A stretch of DNA of 64,000 nucleotides, taken from assembly GCF_009914755.1 (NCBI RefSeq), contig NC_060933.1; one strand, 5' to 3'. Numbering within the stretch: position 1 is the first letter of the stretch; every line of letters begins with the position of its first letter. A program made the position numbers and the translations under genes. Shown here one piece after another: positions 56,371 through 64,000 of this stretch. Source of the stretch: the human T2T-CHM13v2.0 reference genome, Homo sapiens. The notes beneath the pieces were generated by a model. It did not search any database. It worked only from the letters and a program-made list of their open reading frames with translations, and was not told the DNA's origin.

Positions 56371-57601
56371 AATGGAATGGAATGGAACGGAACGGAACGG
56401 AACGGAATGGAATGGAATGGAATGGAATGGAACGGAAAGGAATGGAATGGAATGGAATGGAATGGAATGGAATCAACGCGAGTGCAGGGGAATGGAATGG
56501 AATGGAATGCAATGGAATGGAAGCTTCCGGAATGGAATGGAATGGAATGGAATGGAATGGAATGGAATGGAATAAACCCGAGTGCAATGGAATGGAGTGG
56601 AATGGAATGGAATGGAATGGAACAACCCGAATGGAATGGAATGTAATGGAGAGTAAGGGAGTTGAATAGAGTCAATCCGAATGTAATGGAATGGAATGGA
56701 ACGGAATGGAATTGAATGGAATGGAATGGAATGCAATGGAATGGAATCAACCCGAGTGCAATGGAATGGAGAGGAATGGAATGGAATGGAATGGAAACTA
56801 CCCGAATGGAATGGAATGTAACGGAGTGTAAGGGAATTGAATAGAATCAATCCGAATGTAATGGAATGGAATGGAACGGAATGGAATGGAATGGAATGGA
56901 ATGGAATGGAATGGAATTAACCCGAGTGCAATCGAATGGAATCGAATGGAATGGAATGCAATGGAATGGATTCAACTTGAATGGAATGGAAAGAATGGAA
57001 TCAACACGAGTGGAAGGGCATGGATTGGAATGCAATGGAATGGAATCTACTCGAGTACAGGGGAATGGAATGGAATGGAATGCAATGGAATGGAATCATC
57101 CGTAATGGAATGGAAAGGAATGGAATGGAATGGAATGGAATGGAATGGAATGGAATCAACTCGATTGCAGTCGAATGGAATGGAATGGAATCAACCCAAC
57201 TGCAGGGGAATGGAATGGAATGGAATGCAATGGAATGGATTCAACTTGAATGGAATGGAAAGAATGGAATGGAATGGAATGGAATGGAATGGAATGGAAT
57301 GGAATGGAATCAACTCGATTGCAGTCGAATGGAATGGAACGGAATTAACCCGAATAGAATGGAATGGAATGGAATGGAACGGAACGGAACGGATCGGAAT
57401 GGAATGGAATGGATTGGAATGGAACGGAAAGGAATGGAATGGAATGGAATGGAATGGAATGGAATGGAATCAACGCGAGTGCAGGGGAATGGAATGGAAT
57501 GGAATGCAATGGAATGGAATCATCCGGAATGGAATGGAATGGAATGGAATGGAATCAACCCGAGTGCAATGGAATGGAGTGCAATGGAATGGAGTGGAAT
57601 G

Positions 57602-57613
57602 GAATGGCCATTC
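57602..57613. other. Strand-switch junction 2 (GGAAT to CATTC), perfect 12-bp palindrome GAATGG|CCATTC
   Basis: Read directly: ...GGAATGGCCATTCGATTGCAATCGAG..., with no inserted bases and the centre at 57607/57608. Confidence 0.96.
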
Positions 57614-60600
57614 GATTGCAATCGAGTTGATTCCATTCCATTCCATTCCATTCCATTCCATTCCATTCCATTCCAATCGACTTCATTCCATTCCATTCCA
57701 TTCCATTCCATTCCACTCAATTCCAGTCCTTTCCATTCCATTCCATTCGGGTTGATTCCATTCTATTCCTTTCCATTCCATTCCATTCCACTGCAATCGA
57801 GTTGGTTCCATTGATTTGCATTCCGTTCCATTCCATTCCATTCCATTATATTCGGGTTAATTCCATTGCATTCCATTCCATTCCATTCCATTCCATTCCA
57901 TTCCATTACAATGGAGTTGATCCCATTCCATTCAATTCCATTCCATTCCATTCCATTCCATTCCAGTCCTTTCTGTTCCATTCCACTCGGGTTGATTCCA
58001 TTCTATTAGTTTCCATTCCATTCCATTCCCTTCCATTCCACTCTGGTTGATTCCATTCCTTTCCATTCCACTCGAATACATTCCCTCCTATTCCACTCTT
58101 AACGATTCCATTCCATTCCATTCCATTCCCTTCCATTCCATTCCATTCCATTCCATTTCGTTCCATTCCATTCTATTCCGTACCATTCCATTCCAATCCA
58201 TTCCATTCCATTCCATTCCATTCCATTTCGTTCCATTCCATTCTATTCCGTACCATTCCATTCCATTCCATTCCATTCCATTCCATTCCACTCCACTCCA
58301 TTCCATTCCATTCCATTCCATTCCATTCCACTCGTGTTGATTCCATTCCTTTCCATTCCATTCAGTTTGAAGGCATTCCATTCCATTCCATTCCATTCCA
58401 TTCCATTCCATTCCATTCCATTGTACTCGGGTTGATTCCATTCCATTGCATTCCATTCCATTCCATTCCATTCCATTCCATTCCATTCCATTCCATTCCG
58501 GATGATTCCATTCCATTGCATTCCATTCCATTCCATTCCCCTGCACTCGGGTTGATTACATTCCATTCCCTTCCCTTCCATTCCTTTCCATTCCTTTCCA
58601 TTCCATTCTATTCGGGTGAATTCCATTCCATTCCATTCCATTCCATTCCATTCCATTCCATTACAATCGAGTTGATTCCATTCCACTCCATTCCATTCCG
58701 TTCCGGATGATTCCATTCCATTGCATTCCATTCCATTCCATTCCCCTGCAGTCGGGTTGATTCCTTTCCATTCCATTCCATTCCATTCTATTCCATTCCG
58801 TTCCATTCCATTCCATTCCATTCTATTCGGGTTAATTCCATTGCATTCCATTCCATTCCATTCCAATCGAGTTAATTCCATTCCATTCCATTCCATTCCA
58901 CTCCATTCCAGTCCTTTCCATTCCATTCCACTCGGGTTGATTCCATTCTATTCCTTTCCATTCCATTCCATTGCAATCGAGTTGATTCCATTGCATTGCA
59001 TTCCATTCCATTCCATTCCATTCCGGATGATTCCATTCCATTGCATTCCATTCCATTCCATTCCCCTGCACTCGGGTTGTTTCCATTCCATTCCACTCCA
59101 TTCCGTTCCATTCCATTCCATTCCATTGTATTCGGGTTAATTCCATTCCATTCCATTCCATTCCATTCCATTCCATTACAATCGAGTTGATTCCATTCCA
59201 TTCCATTCCATTCCATTCCATTCCATTCCATTCCACTCGTGTTGATTCCATTCCTTTCCATTCCATTCGGTTTGAAGACATTCCATTCCATTCAATTCCA
59301 TTCCATTCCTTTCCGTTCCATTCCATTTCATTCCATTGTACTCTTGTTGATTCCATTCCGTTGCATTCCATTCCATTCCATTCAATTCCATTCCGTTCCA
59401 TTCCATTCCATTACATTCGGATTGATTCTATTCAACTCCCTTACTCTCAATTACATTCCATTCCATTCGGATTGATTCTATTCAACTCCCTTACTCTCCA
59501 TTACATTCCATTCCATTCGGGTTGTTCCATTCCATTCCATTCCATTCCACTCCATTCCATTGCACTCGGGTTGATTCCATTCCATTCCATTCCATTCCAT
59601 TCCATTCCATTCCATTCCATTCCGGATGATTCCATTCCATTGCATTCCGTTCCATTACGTTCCCCTGCACTCGGGTTGATTCCATTCCATTCCATTCCAT
59701 TCCATTCGATTCCATTCCATTCCAATTCTTTCCTTTCCATTCTATTCCGTACCATTCCATTCCATTCCATACAATTCCATTCCATTCCATTCCATTCCTT
59801 TCCGTTCTTTCCGTTCCGTTCCGTTCCATTCCATTCCATTCCATTCTATTCGGGTTAATTCCATTTCATTCCATTCCATTCCATTCTATTGCATTCCATT
59901 GCAATCGAGTTGAATCCATTGCATTCCATTCCATTCCATTCCATTCCATTCCGGAAGATTCCATTCCATTGCAATCTATTCCATTCCATTCCCCTGCACT
60001 CGCATTGATTCCATTCCATTTCATTCCATTCCATTCCATTACATTCGGATAGATTCTATTCAATTCCCTTATTCTCCATTACATTCCATTCCATTCGGGA
60101 TGTTTCCATTCCATTCCATTCCATTCCACTCCATTCCATTGCATCAGGTTGATTGCATTCCATTCCATTCCATTCCGTTCCGGATGATTCCATTCCATTG
60201 CATTCCATTCCATTCCATTCCCCTGCAGTCGGGTTGATTCCATTCCATTGCATTCCATTCCATTCCATTCCATTCCATTCCGTTCCATTCCATTCCATTC
60301 CATTCTATTCGGGTTAATTCCATTCTATTCCATTCCATTCCATTCCAATCGACTTGATTCCATTCCATTCCATTCCATTCCATTCCATTCCATTCCATTA
60401 CAATGGAGTTGATTCCATTCCATTCCATTCCATTCCATTCCATTCCATTCCAGTCCTTTCCATTCCATTCCACTCGGGTTGATTCCATTCTACTAGTTTC
60501 CATTCCATTCCATTCCCTTCCATTCCACTCTGGTTGATTCCATTCCTTTCCATTCCACTCGAATACATTCCCTCCTATTCCACTCGGAACGATTCCATTC

Positions 60601-63600
60601 CATTCCATTCCATTCCATTCCATTCCATTCCATTCCGTTCCATTCCGTTCCATTCCATTCCATTCCATTCCATTTCGTTCCATTCCATTCTATTCCGTAC
60701 CATTCCATTCCAATCCATTCCATTCCATTCCAATCCATTCCATTTCGTTCCATTCCGTTCTATTCCGTACCATTCCATTCCATTCCATTCCATTCCATTC
60801 CATTCCATTCCACTCCATTCCATTCCATTCCATTCCATTCCATTCCACTCGTGTTGATTCCATTCCTTTCCATTCCATTCAGTTTGAAAGCATTCCATTC
60901 CATTCCATTCCATTCCATTCTATTCCATTCTATTCCATTCCATTGTACTCGGGTTGATTCCATTCCATTGCATTCCATTCCATTCGATTCCATTCGATTG
61001 CACTCGGGTTGATTCCATTCCATTGCATTCCATTCCATTCCATTCCATTCCATTCCATTCCGTTCCATTCCATTTCATTACATTCAGATTGATTCTATTC
61101 AATTCCCTTACAGTCCATTATATTCCAATCCATTCTGGTTGTTTCCATTCCATTCCATTCCATTTCACTCCATTCCATTGCACTCGGGTTGATTCCATTC
61201 CATTCCATTCCATTCCTTTTCATTCCATTACGGATGATTCCATTCCATTGCATTCCATTCCATTCCATTCCCCTGTACTGGGGTTGATTCCATTCCATTC
61301 CATTCCAATCCATGCCATTCCACTCGTGTTGATTCCATTCTTTCCATTGCATTCAAGTTGAATCCATTCCATTGCATTCCATTCCATTCGATTCCATTCG
61401 ATTGCACTCGGGTTGATTCCATTCCATTGCATTCCATTCCATTCCATTCCATTCCATTCCATTCCATTCCGTTCCATTCCATTTCTTTACATTCAGATTG
61501 ATTCTATTCAATTCCCTTACACAACATTATATTCCAATCCATTCTGGTTGTTTCCATTCCATTCCATTCCTTTTCACTCGTGTTGATTCCATTCCTTTCC
61601 ATTCCATTCGGTTTGAAGCCATTCCATTCCATTCAATTCCACTCCATTCCATTCCATTCCATTCCATTCCATTCCATTCCATTCCATTGTACTCGGGTTG
61701 ATTCCATTCCATTGCATTCCATTCCATTCCATTCCATTCCGTTCCATTCCATTCCATTACATTCGGATTGATTCTATTCAACTCCGTTACTCTCCATTAC
61801 ATTCCATTCCATTCGGGTTGTTCCATTCCATTCCATTCCATTCCAGTAGATTCCATTGCACTCGGGTTGATTCCATTCCATTCCATTCCATTCCATTCCA
61901 TTCCATTCCATTCCATTCCGGATGATTCCATTCCATTGCATTCCGTTCCATTACATTACCCTGCACTCGCGTTGATTCCATTCCATTGCATTCCACTCCA
62001 TACCATTCCATTGCATTCCATTCCATTCCATTCCATTCCATTCCATTCCGGATGATTCCATTCCATTGCATTCCATTCCATTCCATTCCCCTGTACTCGG
62101 GTTGATTCCATTCCATTCCATTCCAATCCATGCCATTCCACTCGTGTTGATTCCATTCTTTCCATTCCATTCAAGTTGAATCCATTCCATTACAATCCAT
62201 TCCATTCGATTCCATTCGATTGCACTCGGGTTGATTCCATTCCATTGCATTCCAACCCATTCCATTACATTCCATTCCATTCCATTCCGTTCCATTCCAT
62301 TCCATTACATTCGGATTGATTCTTTTCAACTCCTTTACTCTCCATTACATTACATTCCATTCGGGTTGTTCCATTCCATTCCATTCCATTCCACTCCATT
62401 CCAATGCACTCCGGTTGATTCCATTCCATTCCATTCCATTCCATTCCGGATGATTCCATTCCATTGCATTCAGTTCCATTACATTCCCCTGCATTCGGGT
62501 TGATTCCATTCCATTCCAATCCATTCCATTCGATTCCATTCCATTCCCCTGCACTCGCGTTGATTCCATTCCATGCCATTCCATTCCATTCCATTTCATT
62601 CCTTTCCATTCCATTGCATTCCATTCCATTCCATTCCATTCCGTTCCATTCCTTTCCATTCCATTCTATTCGGGTTAATTCCATTCCATTCCATCCGATT
62701 GCAATCGAGTTGATTCCATTCCATTCCATTCCATTCCATTCCATTCCATTCCATTCCATTCCATTCCTATCCATTCCATTACGGATGTTTCCATTCCATT
62801 GCATTCCATTCCATTCCATTCCATTCCGGATGATTCCATTCCATTGCATTCCGTTCCATTACATTCCCCTGCACTCGGGTTGATTCCATTCCATTCCATT
62901 CCATTCCATACCATTCCATTCGATTCCATTCCATTCCAATTCTTCCATTCCATTCTATTCCGTACCTTTCCATTCCATTCCATACAATTCCATTCCATTC
63001 CATTCCATTCCGTTCCGTTCCGTTCCGTTCCGTTCCATTCCATTCCATTCCATTCCGTTCCGTTCCGTTCCGTTCCGTTCCATTCCATTCCATTCCATTC
63101 TATTCGGGTTAATTCCATTCCATTCCATTCCATTCTATTCTATTCCACTCCATTGCAATCGAGTTGAATCCATTGCATTCCATTCCATTCCACTCCATTC
63201 CATTTCGGAAGATTGCATTCCATTGCATTCCATTCCATTCTATTCCCCTGCACTCGCGTTGAATCCATTCCATTCCATTCCATTCCATTCCATTCCTTTC
63301 CGTTCCATTCCATTCCATTCCATTCCATTCCGTTCCATTCCGTTCCGTTCCATTCCATTCCATTCCATTCTATTCGGGTTAATTCCATTCCATTCCATTC
63401 GATTACAATTGAGTTGATGCCATTTCATTCCATTCGATTCCATTCCATTCCATTCCATTCCTTTCCATTCCATTACGGATGATTCCATTCCATTGCATTC
63501 CATTCCATTCCATTCTCCTGTACTCGGGTTGATTCCATTCAATTCCATTCCAATCCATGCCACTCCACTCGTGTTGATTCCATTCTTTCCATTCCATTCA

Positions 63601-64000
63601 AGTTGAATCCATTCCATTGCATTCCATTCCATTCGATTCCATTCGATTGCAGTCGGGTTGATTCCATTCCATTGCATTCCATTCCATTCCATTGAATTCC
63701 ATTCCATTCCATTCCGTTCCATTCCATTCCATTCCATTCCTTTCCGTTCCATTCCATTCCATTCCATTCCATTCTTTCGGGTTAATTCCATTCCATTCCA
63801 TTCGATTGCAATCGAGTTGATTCCATTCCATTCCATTCCATTCCTTTCCATTCCATTCCATTCCTTTCCATTCCATTACGGATGATTCCATTCCATTTCA
63901 TTCCATTCCATTCCATTCCCCTGTACTCGGGTTGATTCCATTCCATTCCATTCCAATCCATGCCATTCCACTCGTGTTGATTCCATTCTTTCCATTCCAT
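57608..64000 (+). repeat. HSat3 array, domain 3, CATTC strand on +
   Basis: Returns to (CATTC)n at 57608 and continues to the window end. Confidence 0.97.
57890..60975 (+). repeat. About 0.6-kb block duplicated at about 2.5-kb spacing (57890-58480 / 60390-60975)
   Basis: Shared TTACAATGGAGTTG, CAGTTTGAA and an internal 70-bp doublet. ORF offsets are 2487 and 2517. Confidence 0.8.

Larger units (their letters stand above)
21839..57607 (-). repeat. HSat3 array, domain 2, inverted (GGAAT on +), about 35.8 kb
   Basis: Continuous (GGAAT)n with CAACCCGAGT and reverse complements of the domain-1 modules. ORF translations on + switch from HSIPF to MEWNG. Confidence 0.97.

Noticed and set aside
21839-57607. 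Inverted domain as a transposon with terminal inverted repeats or a target-site duplication
   Set aside because: There is no transposase, no defined terminal repeats and no flanking direct repeat beyond the satellite itself.
1-64000. Hundreds of ORFs of 60-393 aa (HSIPF and MEWNG repeats)
   Set aside because: Pure (CATTC)n and (GGAAT)n contain no stop codon in any frame, and GGAAT repeats give an ATG every 5 nt. The ORFs overlap in all frames, have no domain content and are expected artefacts.
1-64000. Assignment as HSat2, alpha satellite, telomeric repeat or the Y-specific DYZ1 repeat
   Set aside because: It lacks the dense CATTCGATGAT/CGATTC 23-26 bp pattern of HSat2. I saw no 171-bp alpha monomer or CENP-B box, no TTAGGG array and no 3.6-kb period.
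1-64000. Definite chromosome or subfamily call (e.g. chr9 HSat3B5)
   Set aside because: This is plausible from the motifs and inversion density, but it needs alignment or subfamily k-mer classification that I cannot run.

Overview
The whole 64 kb window is (CATTC)n/(GGAAT)n pentamer satellite punctuated by the ACTCGGGTTG/CAACCCGAGT decamer and its variants. This is classical human satellite 3 (HSat3/satIII) pericentromeric heterochromatin. No gene, RNA gene, transposon or unique sequence is visible, and the ORF track is a translation artefact (HSIPF/MEWNG repeats). The array has three orientation domains: CATTC on + (1-21838), GGAAT on + (21839-57607, about 35.8 kb) and CATTC on + again (57608-64000). 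Both strand-switch junctions can be placed to within a few bases. Nested duplications are superimposed: an apparently identical 7529-bp tandem pair, an 8.4-8.5 kb pair, 2.3-2.8 kb pairs, and 15-254 bp micro-duplications. The most unusual observation is that the two ends of the inverted domain fit each other and rebuild one canonical module, whereas re-inverting the domain does not restore the flanks. This hints at a circular or non-reciprocal intermediate rather than a simple inversion. About 30 perfect three-unit heat-shock elements sit in one variant module. Frequent inversions and this motif set are compatible with the chr9q12 HSat3 array, but the chromosome cannot be proven from the sequence alone. 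All alignments were done by eye and from ORF-track offsets, so counts and block edges are approximate unless stated as exact.
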